A DNA stretch of 52,187 nucleotides from the IMG/VR virus record IMGVR_UViG_3300025015_000015. One strand, written 5' to 3'. The notes under the pieces are model-generated. The model saw only the letters and a program-made list of their open reading frames with translations. It made no database searches and was not told the origin of the DNA. The position numbers and the translations under genes were made by a program. Within the stretch, counting starts at the first letter, position 1. Each line of letters opens with the position of its first letter. Below are positions 8,999 to 18,952 of the stretch, piece by piece. This DNA comes from a virus (taxonomy: Duplodnaviria; Heunggongvirae; Uroviricota; Caudoviricetes).

Positions 8999-9793
8999 AT
9001 GAATAATGAAAATTATGAGTATAAATGTAATGATTGTAAGGATAAAACCAAGACTTATACCTATCAAGATGTTTATCCTCCTGTGAAGATTTTTCGTAAG
9101 ATTGATGACGGAGAAGTTAAATTTTCAGCACCAGGTCATTGGGGTTTGGTATATGAAGATCAATTTAATATTTTTGTGGTTGATATTTTAGATGGTGGAA
9201 CTATTATGGATGATATTTTAAATTATATAATTATTACGGATGATAGAGGACAGTTTGATAATACTAAAGGTAAATTTAGATTTGATAAGAAATATTGTTA
9301 CTCTATCAGATTACCTCATAGTGGTAAAGTGGCCAAGGAAAGCCAAGGAAAGGCCCAAGATGATACTGATTGTAGTAAGTTTACTTATTTGGATGGATTA
9401 GGATCTTATTATGCAAATACCTTTTATGGTTCACAAATAGTTAATCCATATCCACTATTTTCCGTGAAATGGAAGATTTGGAAGAATAGTTATATTAAAG
9501 CCCATGATAAGATAAGGGGTAAAAATGTACAATTTAAAATAGTAAATGATGGAAAATATGATACTATTAAAGTTGAAGAAAAGTCTTTGGCTTGGATTAT
9601 TGGTCATTTGATTAGGTATGCTCATGTTGGACTTAAATATAATCCGTTTTATGAGAGGACACAGGAATATAAAGATTTTATGGCAGGACTTAATACTAAG
9701 TATTGCAGACGAATGGGTGCAGATTATTTAAATTTACCAATTAAAATTGATGATGAGGATTATGAAGTAATAGTTAGGAGAAAAAATGTCTAA
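8999..9793 (+). CDS. Hypothetical protein
   Basis: 264-aa ORF, SD ggag. Confidence 0.65.
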   Translation: MNNENYEYKCNDCKDKTKTYTYQDVYPPVKIFRKIDDGEVKFSAPGHWGLVYEDQFNIFVVDILDGGTIMDDILNYIIITDDRGQFDNTKGKFRFDKKYCYSIRLPHSGKVAKESQGKAQDDTDCSKFTYLDGLGSYYANTFYGSQIVNPYPLFSVKWKIWKNSYIKAHDKIRGKNVQFKIVNDGKYDTIKVEEKSLAWIIGHLIRYAHVGLKYNPFYERTQEYKDFMAGLNTKYCRRMGADYLNLPIKIDDEDYEVIVRRKNV

Positions 9794-10385
9794 GTTAAAG
9801 ACAAATTTTGATTTTAATGAATTTGAAATTGGTGATTGGGTTGTAGTTACATCTTTAATGGAAATGGATTATGTTGGAAATATTCGTGTTCCAACGAAGA
9901 TTGAATTAACTGAATCTATTGTTGGTCAAATTGTTGGTGTAAAAAAGTTTTTCATGGGAACATATAAAGGATCATATAAAGGATCAAATTATTATGATTC
10001 TGATGATCCTCCGTATCTCTCTGTTAAGAAAGGTGATTTGATTTATGCTTGGGAGGTAAAAACTGGACTTCTTAACAGACCGGTTTACGCTTGGAATGGT
10101 TGTATAAATGGAGAGTCAAAGAAATTTACCAATGTTGATGAGTTAATGAAGGATCTTTATAGGAAGCTTCCTATTATTAATGTTAACTTTACAGATAAAG
10201 ACAGGAAGAATCTTAGTTGTACAATGAAGTATGAGATGAAGAATTGGCCGCGAGATGAAAAAGGTAGATGGAAGAAATATGTAAGTTTTAAAGGTGTAAA
10301 AATTCCTGTTGCTAATAAACTTCCTAGTGTTGGGGAGAATTCGGTTAAAGGACTTAATATGAGTTTGTTTCCGATTAAGAAATAG
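9786..10385 (+). CDS. Hypothetical protein
   Basis: 199-aa ORF overlapping the upstream stop. Confidence 0.65.
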   Translation: MSKLKTNFDFNEFEIGDWVVVTSLMEMDYVGNIRVPTKIELTESIVGQIVGVKKFFMGTYKGSYKGSNYYDSDDPPYLSVKKGDLIYAWEVKTGLLNRPVYAWNGCINGESKKFTNVDELMKDLYRKLPIINVNFTDKDRKNLSCTMKYEMKNWPRDEKGRWKKYVSFKGVKIPVANKLPSVGENSVKGLNMSLFPIKK

Positions 10386-10395
10386 GAGAAATTAA

Positions 10396-10611
10396 ATGTT
10401 TACTGCTTATTTAATTGGTTCAATGCTTGCCGCCGGAATGGGAAGCTGTTATATTTGTAAGCGGATTGATGAAAATTATAGTATTAAAACTGATGGAATA
10501 AGGCTGAAATTTGTTCTTATTATTATGGCTGGTACTTTATCGGCATTATTTAGTTGGTTTACTGTTGGTGTTATTATAGTTGATGAATTTAATAAAAGTA
10601 GAAGGTCTTAA
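10396..10611 (+). CDS. Small membrane protein
   Basis: Two hydrophobic segments; SD aggag. Confidence 0.55.
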   Translation: MFTAYLIGSMLAAGMGSCYICKRIDENYSIKTDGIRLKFVLIIMAGTLSALFSWFTVGVIIVDEFNKSRRS

Positions 10612-10647
10612 ATGATTGTTTATGTTATATTTAAGCGGAGGTCTTAA

Positions 10648-10953
10648 ATGGCAAAATATATTGAAATAGAAGAGGTTCATACTGATTGTATTTATGAGGG
10701 AGAACTTTTTGGAGAGTTTAAAACTCGTAGGCGTTGGCTTGATCCTGAAATGGTTAAGACTTTCTTTATAGATACAATGATTACTAATATAATTGATAAG
10801 GATGATCCTGATTATGAAGAAGGAAAAACTGGTAATAAGGAAAAGGAAGTTTTAAGGGAGTTGGTAATTATTGAGCTACATGATAATAATCACATTTTTC
10901 TTGATATAACTAATGTTGATTGGTTTATTGAAGCTTTGGCTTTAGGAGATTAA
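10648..10953 (+). CDS. Hypothetical acidic protein
   Basis: SD ggagg. Confidence 0.6.
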   Translation: MAKYIEIEEVHTDCIYEGELFGEFKTRRRWLDPEMVKTFFIDTMITNIIDKDDPDYEEGKTGNKEKEVLRELVIIELHDNNHIFLDITNVDWFIEALALGD

Positions 10954-10956
10954 ATT

Positions 10957-11370
10957 ATGACACGAACTATTGATATTGAAGAAACTCTTATTTCACAAAA
11001 TGGACAGGGAATTTCTATTGGTCATATGATAACTACAATTGTTGTTGATAAGGTTACTTCATTAAGGCCAGTTCAGCTTCCAAGTAGTGTCAGATGTAAC
11101 GATGGAACACCTGCCTTGATTCAGGGAACGGCTATTAGTATTGGTGGTGATCAAATTTTAGTTGCTAAGACAATTAATGATGTTAAAGGATTGCTTGGGT
11201 TTAATGAATTTAATGCTGAATTTGAAAATAAAGTTGAATCTACTACAGAAACGGAATATCCTAAGAAGGCTGTTAATGTTGATGGGGAAGTAGTTGATAA
11301 GGATGGTCCTGATGATGATCGTGCTGAACCTAAGATTATTCAATTCCCTGGTAAGGAGGAGATTAAATAA
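10957..11370 (+). CDS. Hypothetical protein
   Basis: Tightly packed with the upstream gene; SD aggag. Confidence 0.6.
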   Translation: MTRTIDIEETLISQNGQGISIGHMITTIVVDKVTSLRPVQLPSSVRCNDGTPALIQGTAISIGGDQILVAKTINDVKGLLGFNEFNAEFENKVESTTETEYPKKAVNVDGEVVDKDGPDDDRAEPKIIQFPGKEEIK

Positions 11371-11475
11371 TGAGTCATTCATGTGATGAAGAAAATGAAA
11401 AGGTTGATAAGTTCTTTGGTTGGTTCTTTATTATAGTTTTTGTATTTGTTGCTGTTGTGCTTATCTATAAGGCTT

Positions 11476-12027
11476 ATGAATATGTCTGACCTTAATATAA
11501 AGTTTAAAGAATATGCTGAATTTGTTCGTTCTCTTCAACAGCAAAGGGAAGATCGTACTAGGTATGATTTAAATTCTGACGATCTTTCAGAGGATTTGGA
11601 TTTTCTAATGTTTCACGGAATCATGGGTGTTATTACCGAATCCGGTGAGTTGATGGATTTAGTTAAAAAGCATCTTATTTACGGTCGTAAGTTTGATAAG
11701 AAGAAAGTTGCCGATGAAGCAGGAGACTGTTTGTTTTATTTAATGATGATTATAGATCAGTGTGGTTTAACTATTGGTGATATAATTGATTTAAATGTGG
11801 CTAAGTTAAAGGCTCGTTATCCTGATGGATTTACAAAGGATAAGGCCAATAATAGGGATCTTGAAGCTGAAGAAAAAGCACAACATCGTTTCCTTGGTAA
11901 GGGCACTGATACACTTCCAGAAAATGTAGTCAATTGTAATCATTCTGATTCCAAGGTTATTTATAGAGATGGTAAAGATATAATATATAAATGTAATTCA
12001 TGTACTGCATGTTGGAGTATTAAATAA
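11476..12027 (+). CDS. mazG: MazG-like nucleoside triphosphate pyrophosphohydrolase
   Basis: ESGELMDLVKK...DEAGDCLFY...NVAKLKARYPDGF motif set. Confidence 0.85.
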   Translation: MNMSDLNIKFKEYAEFVRSLQQQREDRTRYDLNSDDLSEDLDFLMFHGIMGVITESGELMDLVKKHLIYGRKFDKKKVADEAGDCLFYLMMIIDQCGLTIGDIIDLNVAKLKARYPDGFTKDKANNRDLEAEEKAQHRFLGKGTDTLPENVVNCNHSDSKVIYRDGKDIIYKCNSCTACWSIK

Positions 12028-12350
12028 GTTCTTTAATTGTATAATTAAATTATGAATAATTGGATATTGATTAATAATTTGGTGATTCTTCAAGCTTCTC
12101 TTGAGCATATTGCTAATGATGCATGTTCTGGACAGCGTGTAAGGATGAATGATATTAAACTTGAAACTGATAAAGCTTTGGATATTGTAATGGATCTTTT
12201 GTTAAAGGTACAGAGTGAAGAATAAGCCAGAATATAATATTGAACCGCTTAAATTTCAGGATCTTCATTCAGAGATTACTGGGTATATCAAGTGGTATAA
12301 TGCTACTTTACTTAAACAGGCACAAGAATTCTTCAAGATGTTAATGGAAA

Positions 12351-12821
12351 ATGAATATGAAAAATAAATCCTTATATTGTTGTATGGTTGTTGGTATTAT
12401 AGTTACTATTTTGATGAATTTACCAAATATATTTTGTGTACAATCCAATCCTCCTACCACAGATTCAAATCTTGTTGGTGTGTGGGATGTAAATGATTTA
12501 AATCATGATGGAAAGGTTGATATTAAGGATTTTGAAATTTTGGCTGATAATTGGATTTGTGAAGAGCAACAAATTGAAGATGTTAATGATTTATTAGATA
12601 CAAGTGAACATGAACCAAATACTATAAAGGAACTTTTACCCGGTAGAGAATTTGATAATGATAGTCAAGTTAATATAAAGGAACTTTTACCCGGTAGAGA
12701 ATTTGATAATGATAGTCAAGTTAATATAAAGACTATTAACTATGACGGACGTAAATATATTTTATTTTATTATTCACAAAATAGTGAACGACAAGGTTTG
12801 GCCGTTATGCTTTTGCCATAG
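12351..12821 (+). CDS. Membrane-anchored/secreted protein with a dockerin-like EF-hand loop
   Basis: N-terminal hydrophobic helix; DLNHDGKVDIKDFEILADNW. Confidence 0.65.
   Translation: MNMKNKSLYCCMVVGIIVTILMNLPNIFCVQSNPPTTDSNLVGVWDVNDLNHDGKVDIKDFEILADNWICEEQQIEDVNDLLDTSEHEPNTIKELLPGREFDNDSQVNIKELLPGREFDNDSQVNIKTINYDGRKYILFYYSQNSERQGLAVMLLP
12623..12731 (+). repeat. Perfect in-frame 51-bp tandem duplication
   Basis: IKELLPGREFDNDSQVN occurs twice with identical DNA. Confidence 0.95.
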
Positions 12822-12963
12822 GACGTATTTTAATGAAAAATAAATTAATAAAACTTATAAATTATAATTTTGGCTCGGTATTAGTAATAATTATTGCCTT
12901 TTGTATAATAATTTTGTGTTTAATTGGATTAGCTTATTATCTTGATTTTATTGGAGTTAATTA

Positions 12964-13161
12964 ATGTTAAATCTTCCCGATGTTACGGCTTTTGATGAAG
13001 GTGGTAATAAGTTTGTTAAACACGTTGAGGTAAGGCGTGTCATAAATTTTGGTTGGCCTTGTGAATATAATGTTGATCATCTTAATGGTCATGGATTGTG
13101 TATTGATGCTGGTGGTAGAAATCATTTAGGATTGGGTCAGTTTGTTGATATAAAGGCTTAA
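12964..13161 (+). CDS. Hypothetical protein
   Basis: SD ggag. Confidence 0.5.
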   Translation: MLNLPDVTAFDEGGNKFVKHVEVRRVINFGWPCEYNVDHLNGHGLCIDAGGRNHLGLGQFVDIKA

Positions 13162-13163
13162 TT

Positions 13164-13355
13164 ATGAATAATATCAGCTTTCGAAAAGAGTTGCAACAAT
13201 TAATAAATAAGAATTCAATGGAAAATGGAAGTAATACACCGGATTTCATTCTTGCTAAATATCTAGTTATGTGCTTGAATGCTTTTGATACTGCAGTTAA
13301 TCATAGAAATGCTTGGTATACTCCTAATTCCAAACCAGCAGACGTGTTAGAATAA
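13164..13355 (+). CDS. Small uncharacterised phage protein (ENGSNTPDFILA type)
   Basis: FRKELQQLINKNSMENGSNTPDFILAKYL resembles a recurring phage hypothetical family (recalled). Confidence 0.6.
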   Translation: MNNISFRKELQQLINKNSMENGSNTPDFILAKYLVMCLNAFDTAVNHRNAWYTPNSKPADVLE

Positions 13356-13497
13356 AGAAAGATTGGGAAAAGGCTGGAAGAGAAGGAATTGTAATTGGTA
13401 ATTTAATTCATACTACTGATGAAATGTCTTGGACTCCAGTTTTGTGGGATGATGAAGAAGATCCTGACTGGTGGAAATCCATTTCTTTGGAGGAAAT

Positions 13498-13773
13498 ATG
13501 AAAACTAAGATGATTCATTATATTGAGACTAAATTGTTGAATGATCTTCCTCAGTTTAAGTATTTTATTTTGGCCGAAGATTATGATAAGGATAATGCAC
13601 GAGTTTATACGATTTTTTCTACTGTAGTTGAAGGTGGGAAAGTTATTGAATATCATGTAGTTTATATTGGTGGTGGAACTCGTGATGATGATTCTTGTGG
13701 AATTAAGGAAATATTGTCCGGTGATACTAAAGTTCATGTGGTATCAATTAAAGGAATAACTTTCGCTGTATAA
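13498..13773 (+). CDS. Hypothetical protein
   Basis: ATG 13498 after ggagga. Confidence 0.55.
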   Translation: MKTKMIHYIETKLLNDLPQFKYFILAEDYDKDNARVYTIFSTVVEGGKVIEYHVVYIGGGTRDDDSCGIKEILSGDTKVHVVSIKGITFAV

Positions 13774-13921
13774 TTATATTAGGAGAAATTATGTGGTTTA
13801 ACTTAATTTTTTCAATAATTAATGGTTTGTTTGTAATTGATAATCCAACACGTTGGTTAAATGCTATGGCTTGTGGTTTTTGTTTTTCTGTATTTATTGG
13901 TTGTTTGATAAATAGGAGTAA

Positions 13922-15169
13922 GTGATGTTTACTAAATCAGAAACTAATAATGCCATAGTTGTTAAACTTCAAAATGTTCGTAAACATCCAAATGCGGATC
14001 GACTTCAGTTAGCAACTGTTTTAGGAACACAAGTTATTGTTGGGTTGGACATGAAGGAAGGAGATTTAGTAATTTATTTTGATTCTAATCTATGTTTAAG
14101 TCCTGATTATATTAAATACAATAATCTGTCTTCATGTTCGGGTTTAAATCTTGATCCTAAAGCTAAAGGTTATTTTCCTAAGTCTGGGAAGGTTCGTACT
14201 GTAAAGTTGCGTGAATCAATATCCAATGGATTTGTAGCTCCAATTGAATCGGTTTTTAATATTCCGGATGCCCCTGCTGATGGAATGGGTGTTATTGATT
14301 TTGTTGAAGGTTTGGAATTTATACATGTAAACCAGGTTGAAATTTGTTCCAAGTATATTATTCCTCATAATATGCCAGGAGCACCCGGACTAAGAAATAA
14401 AAAGAAAAAGAAGAAAGTTCGTTTCATTATTGAAAATTTCTGGCAACATTTGGATACTAAACAGGTAATGCGTAACCTTTATCGGTTCGGTGATAAACAA
14501 CGTGTGGTTTATATTGAAGAAAAGATTCATGGAACTTCAGGTCGTACTGGTTATGTTCTTGTTAAGAACAATCGACCATTTTGGAAGTTTTGGATTCCAA
14601 AGGAGGAATGGAAGATTGTAAGTGGTACTCGTCGTGTTGATAGTATTACTGGACATGCTAATGTTATTCGTCATGAGGTTGAAGATCGGGTTGCAGATCA
14701 TCTTCGTATGGGTGAACAGATTTATTATGAAATTTTTGGTTATGATGGTCAAAGCCAAATTCAAAAGGGCTTTGATTATGGCTGTCGTATTGGTGAATAT
14801 AAAGTGTTGCTTTATCGAGTAACTATTACAACTCTAGACGGTAAGTGCTACGATCTTGATCGTGAACAGGTTTATGCTCGTGCTCGTGAGTTAGGAATGG
14901 TTGTTCCCACACATGAACGAAATTTTTCCGATGCTGCTGGTATTCGAGAAATTTGTAAGAGTATGACGTTTATAAATTTTGTTCAGATTTCACAAGAAGG
15001 AAGTTTTCGGTCTAGTTTAGATTATGATACTCTTTTTGAAGGATTTGTTTTTTGGTTTCAGAATGATGAAGGGCATTGGATAGCTTTAAAACATAAATCG
15101 GAAGAATTTTTAGAATTTACGTCCAAGCAAATGGATGAAGAAGTTGGTGATCCGGAGGATAATAATTAA
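13922..15169 (+). CDS. RNA ligase, DRB0094/Rnl5-like, with N-terminal OB-fold
   Basis: VRKHPNADRL N-terminus; motif I EEKIHGTSGR; YYEIFG; FEGFV; ALKHKS. Confidence 0.85.
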   Translation: MMFTKSETNNAIVVKLQNVRKHPNADRLQLATVLGTQVIVGLDMKEGDLVIYFDSNLCLSPDYIKYNNLSSCSGLNLDPKAKGYFPKSGKVRTVKLRESISNGFVAPIESVFNIPDAPADGMGVIDFVEGLEFIHVNQVEICSKYIIPHNMPGAPGLRNKKKKKKVRFIIENFWQHLDTKQVMRNLYRFGDKQRVVYIEEKIHGTSGRTGYVLVKNNRPFWKFWIPKEEWKIVSGTRRVDSITGHANVIRHEVEDRVADHLRMGEQIYYEIFGYDGQSQIQKGFDYGCRIGEYKVLLYRVTITTLDGKCYDLDREQVYARARELGMVVPTHERNFSDAAGIREICKSMTFINFVQISQEGSFRSSLDYDTLFEGFVFWFQNDEGHWIALKHKSEEFLEFTSKQMDEEVGDPEDNN

Positions 15170-15303
15170 ATGGAATTTAATGAAGATGATATTATTTGTG
15201 ATGAAAGATGTTTAACTTGTAAGTATAATATTATTAATGCATGATTGGACATGGAAAAAGTTTGTGTTAGAGAGGATAAACCTTATATTTCTTAGGAGTA
15301 ATA

Positions 15304-15507
15304 ATGTGTAGTGGACATAATGGTTATAAAGAACCAAATAATTTAAAATTAAGTAATTCCGTTACTGATCTTACTAAAGCTATTGATACGCTTGAGGAAA
15401 GTATTTTAAATCTTCAAACTTTTATAAAATATCAACAGTTTGATCTTGAAGCTACCAGGCGTGAGCGTGATCATTTTAAGAAGATGTTTGAGGAAAAGAA
15501 TGGATAA
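15304..15507 (+). CDS. Small coiled-coil protein with IKYxxFDLEATRRE motif
   Basis: LEESILNLQTFIKYQQFDLEATRRERDHFKKM; SD aggag. Confidence 0.65.
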   Translation: MCSGHNGYKEPNNLKLSNSVTDLTKAIDTLEESILNLQTFIKYQQFDLEATRRERDHFKKMFEEKNG

Positions 15508-16117
15508 TAATGAACTAATTAAATCCGGACTTAAATCATTTGATAATGAAGATGATTTTCGTCATTTGGTCGGTCAGTTTATAAATACTAATCAATGGTT
15601 TCATTCTCCGGAATACATTTATAAATGGTTTGGATTTATGCAAGCTGTTGATTATATTAAATGTTCTAAATGTGGTAAGAAATTAGAGTCAATAACTGAT
15701 AATGAAGGATGTACAGTTTCATCTCCAATTCAGGATTCTTTTGAATCTGTGGCTTTTGAATTAAGAAAAAAATTTGAACGTTATCAATGGGAAATAGCTT
15801 GTAGTGAACTATATCTTTATTTAAAGAAAAATGATCAAATTTCTGGAGATTGTCAAAGTTTAAGTCATTGGATGATGAGTTATGTTTTTGATCCTAAGAT
15901 TTGGATACTTATTTCATGTTTAATATTAAATGAAGAACAATATTTGAAAGATATTGTAGCCAATAAAGCTCCTGATCCGGTACATCAATTTGAAGGTAAG
16001 TGGTGGTTTTGGGACGAAGTTTGGTGTGATAGACTTGGTCCGTATGATACAAAAGAAGAAGCTGATTTAGCTATAAGTTCTTATATTAGTCAACTTATTG
16101 GAGAATATGATGAATAG
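15500..16117 (+). CDS. Hypothetical protein
   Basis: ATG 15500 overlaps the upstream stop; C-terminal WWFWDEVW..GPYDT motif. Confidence 0.6.
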   Translation: MDNNELIKSGLKSFDNEDDFRHLVGQFINTNQWFHSPEYIYKWFGFMQAVDYIKCSKCGKKLESITDNEGCTVSSPIQDSFESVAFELRKKFERYQWEIACSELYLYLKKNDQISGDCQSLSHWMMSYVFDPKIWILISCLILNEEQYLKDIVANKAPDPVHQFEGKWWFWDEVWCDRLGPYDTKEEADLAISSYISQLIGEYDE

Positions 16118-16709
16118 AGAAGAGTGGTTAAATAAAGCCGTAGTTGAATTATCAAATTTATTTAATCGTAAGGGACTTGAATTACCTACCAATATTTCGG
16201 TGTCTTGTGGTTGGCCTAGTAAGGCAATTGCAAAAAGTGTTGGTGAGTGTTGGTCAAATGATCAGTCTGATGGTGGTGTGTTTGAAGTTTTTATTAGTCC
16301 TCGTTTATGTATTGTTGCTAGTTCAATGGGTGTTCTTTCTACTTTAGTGCATGAATTACTTCATATTTCAATTGGAATAGAACATAGTCATAAAAAGCCG
16401 TTTCAGAAAGCAATGAAAATAATTGGGTTGGAAGGAAAGGCTACCTCAACTGAGGCCGGTCCTGACCTTTTAACAGAATTGGAAGCAATAGCTAAAACTT
16501 TAGGTGAGTATCCACATAAATCACTTAATCTGAAGGGAAAGCCAGTTAATAAACCCATTAAGAAAACACTTAAGGCTTGTTGTCCTGAATGTGATTATGT
16601 AATTCAGGTAAAACGTACATTATTTGAAGAAAAAGGTGCTCCGATTTGTCCAGTGCATGGAAAGAAATTTGAAGAGGAAAAGATAGAAGGAACAGAGGAT
16701 GTTAAGTAA
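16098..16709 (+). CDS. SprT-like zinc metalloprotein
   Basis: TLVHELLH (HExxH), later H residues, C-terminal CPEC...CPVH zinc ribbon. Confidence 0.75.
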   Translation: MENMMNREEWLNKAVVELSNLFNRKGLELPTNISVSCGWPSKAIAKSVGECWSNDQSDGGVFEVFISPRLCIVASSMGVLSTLVHELLHISIGIEHSHKKPFQKAMKIIGLEGKATSTEAGPDLLTELEAIAKTLGEYPHKSLNLKGKPVNKPIKKTLKACCPECDYVIQVKRTLFEEKGAPICPVHGKKFEEEKIEGTEDVK

Positions 16710-16728
16710 TAAGGAAAACTTATAATGT

Positions 16729-17025
16729 ATGAAATTATTGAAACTAATTTACGAACAATTATTACTTTATGCTTACTTTCATTTGTGGCTGGTATTTGGT
16801 CATATTATCAATACACTATTTTGTGTAAATCCCTTGAGAAATTCGGGGAGAAAGATAAAAATGAGTGAATATAAAGTTTTATGTGGTGTTGAAAAGGAGG
16901 ATTTGGTTGATTCAATTTCTAATGCTATGGATAAGGCTATTAGAGAAAATGGTCTTTCTTCATATACTGAAATTCAAGAAATTATTGAACAAGTTTTAAC
17001 TGTTCATGAGGAAAAGAATGAATAA
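16729..17025 (+). CDS. Hypothetical protein (true start may be ATG 16861)
   Basis: ORF track; internal ATG with a ggggag SD. Confidence 0.45.
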   Translation: MKLLKLIYEQLLLYAYFHLWLVFGHIINTLFCVNPLRNSGRKIKMSEYKVLCGVEKEDLVDSISNAMDKAIRENGLSSYTEIQEIIEQVLTVHEEKNE

Positions 17026-17203
17026 AGATTCAACTTCAAACGCTGTTCCTAATCCTGGATCTCCTGAGGCCATAGTTTTAAGGTGTAAATGCCCAGTTAT
17101 GGATAATAATTATGGACAAGGAATTCCAACTAAAGATGGTATAGTGTTTTGGTACTCTGGGGATTGTCCAATTCATTGTGGTCCTTTTAAGGACTTATTG
17201 TAA
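17006..17203 (+). CDS. Small Cys-containing phage protein
   Basis: PNPGSPEA...CKCPVMDN...FW...CPIH. Confidence 0.6.
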   Translation: MRKRMNKDSTSNAVPNPGSPEAIVLRCKCPVMDNNYGQGIPTKDGIVFWYSGDCPIHCGPFKDLL

Positions 17204-17385
17204 TGGAAAAAGATAAGATAGAGTTTACGGAATTAAATGAAGCTGAAGCAAATGATGTTAATTTGTTTTGGAATATAAGTATTGGTCATGATTCCATTAC
17301 TGAAAAAGCTATAGAATCACAGAAAAGATTTATAAAGACTTTTGGAAATTTATCTGATTTTACCGAGGAACGAATTGGTGGTTGA
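17203..17385 (+). CDS. Hypothetical protein
   Basis: TAATG translational coupling. Confidence 0.5.
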   Translation: MEKDKIEFTELNEAEANDVNLFWNISIGHDSITEKAIESQKRFIKTFGNLSDFTEERIGG

Positions 17386-17595
17386 AAATAAACAGTTTAT
17401 TAATACAATGAAAATTGAGTTTATTGATAATATGTATTGGTTAACAATATGTTGTCCGGATGGAAAGGTTGCCTGTTTAAATATTGGAACTTCAAAACTT
17501 GATACTGTTACCAATTGTTTAAAACAAGTCATTAAAAATGGTTTATATATGGCTTCCAAAGACGTTTTTGAATTAATAAATTCTGGAGTAAATTA

Positions 17596-18162
17596 ATGAA
17601 TAAATATACTTGTTTTCTGGACATGGACGGTGTATTAGTTGATTTTGTTGGTGGAGTATGTAAGGCTTTTGGAGTGAAATCATACTCATATCTGAATTAT
17701 CCTTTTACAAAAAATTACTGGAATTTCCATAAAGAAATATCCGGTGCTACAGGAAGTGATTATCATGAGGCAATAATTAAGAAGGAGTTTTGGGCCAATT
17801 TAGGTTGGATGCACGATGGAAATAGTATTTATGAATTAATTATTCAAAAGTTTGGTTTAGATAATGTCTTTTTGTTGACTGGAACTGATGTTGATCCGGT
17901 TGACCAAGTTATTGCCGGAAAGATGAAATGGATTGAGGATGGTCCAACTGAATTAATAGATCATGTTATATTTGCTAAATGTCCAAAAGGATGTATTGCT
18001 AGTCCGGATAAAATTTTAATAGATGATAAAGAGAAGAATGTTGTTGATTGGAATATAAACGATGGTAAAGGATTTCTTATCCCAAGACATTGGAATGTCG
18101 GATATGAAAATGCCAATAGATCTTTAGATGTGGTTAAAGAATTTTTAGATAGTATTAAATAA
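17596..18162 (+). CDS. HAD-family 5'(3')-deoxyribonucleotidase
   Basis: FLDMDGVLVDF (DxDxV), LLTG, ILIDDKEKN. Confidence 0.85.
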   Translation: MNKYTCFLDMDGVLVDFVGGVCKAFGVKSYSYLNYPFTKNYWNFHKEISGATGSDYHEAIIKKEFWANLGWMHDGNSIYELIIQKFGLDNVFLLTGTDVDPVDQVIAGKMKWIEDGPTELIDHVIFAKCPKGCIASPDKILIDDKEKNVVDWNINDGKGFLIPRHWNVGYENANRSLDVVKEFLDSIK

Positions 18163-18219
18163 GTTTCGTGTTTGTATAATAAAAATATTAAGGTCAGTTT
18201 AACTTTTGGAGGATTTAAT

Positions 18220-18672
18220 ATGATAATTATGGTTTTTGTGTTAACAATTTTTGTCGGGGTTTTGCTTGCTGTTGTTTCTTATCTTAATGATAAAATTGAG
18301 ATACTTAAGATTGATATGAGAATGTATGATGATGATCTAACGGATATTCTTACAGTTTATAGTGATATTAAGCGTATTGATGGTTGTATTAATGAATTAT
18401 ATAAAAGGCTTGGTTCTATTAGACGTGAATTAGCTGATCACAAAGTTAATCATGTTTATAGTACGTTAACTACAAGTACTGTTGATACATCCAATAATAT
18501 TATGAAGGTTACTGGTGCTGCGGAAACATTTATTAACGAATTAAATGCAAATATTAATAAGAAAGGTGAAAAATTTAAACTTTCTAAGAAGTATACAAAG
18601 GTTCGTAAGAATAAGTCAAAGAAAGTTAAGAAGGATTTTATGCGTAAGGATAGTAATAATGAAGTTGATTAG
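18220..18672 (+). CDS. Membrane-anchored coiled-coil protein
   Basis: ATG after ggagga; N-terminal TM helix; basic tail. Confidence 0.55.
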   Translation: MIIMVFVLTIFVGVLLAVVSYLNDKIEILKIDMRMYDDDLTDILTVYSDIKRIDGCINELYKRLGSIRRELADHKVNHVYSTLTTSTVDTSNNIMKVTGAAETFINELNANINKKGEKFKLSKKYTKVRKNKSKKVKKDFMRKDSNNEVD

Positions 18673-18682
18673 ATTGATAATT

Positions 18683-18952
18683 ATGTGGCATAAATTTTTA
18701 GGACTTAAGTCATGTAAGAAGTGTGGACGAGTCTTAATTGATGATTCGTGGTATGGTGGAATTTGTCAGATTGGTATTACTTATCCTAAAGTTTTTGGTC
18801 TTTGGATTATTCGTTGGTTTTGGAAGAGGATTAATTGTAAGCGTGGAATGCATCTATGGGATGAAGTAGAAGATGATTTAAATCATTTTCTTTATTGTGA
18901 TGCTTGTGGAAAAGAATTATTTATTGATGATTCCGGAAAGTTTAAATTTTAA
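18683..18952 (+). CDS. Cys-rich hypothetical protein
   Basis: CKKC...NCKRGMH...CDAC. Confidence 0.5.
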   Translation: MWHKFLGLKSCKKCGRVLIDDSWYGGICQIGITYPKVFGLWIIRWFWKRINCKRGMHLWDEVEDDLNHFLYCDACGKELFIDDSGKFKF

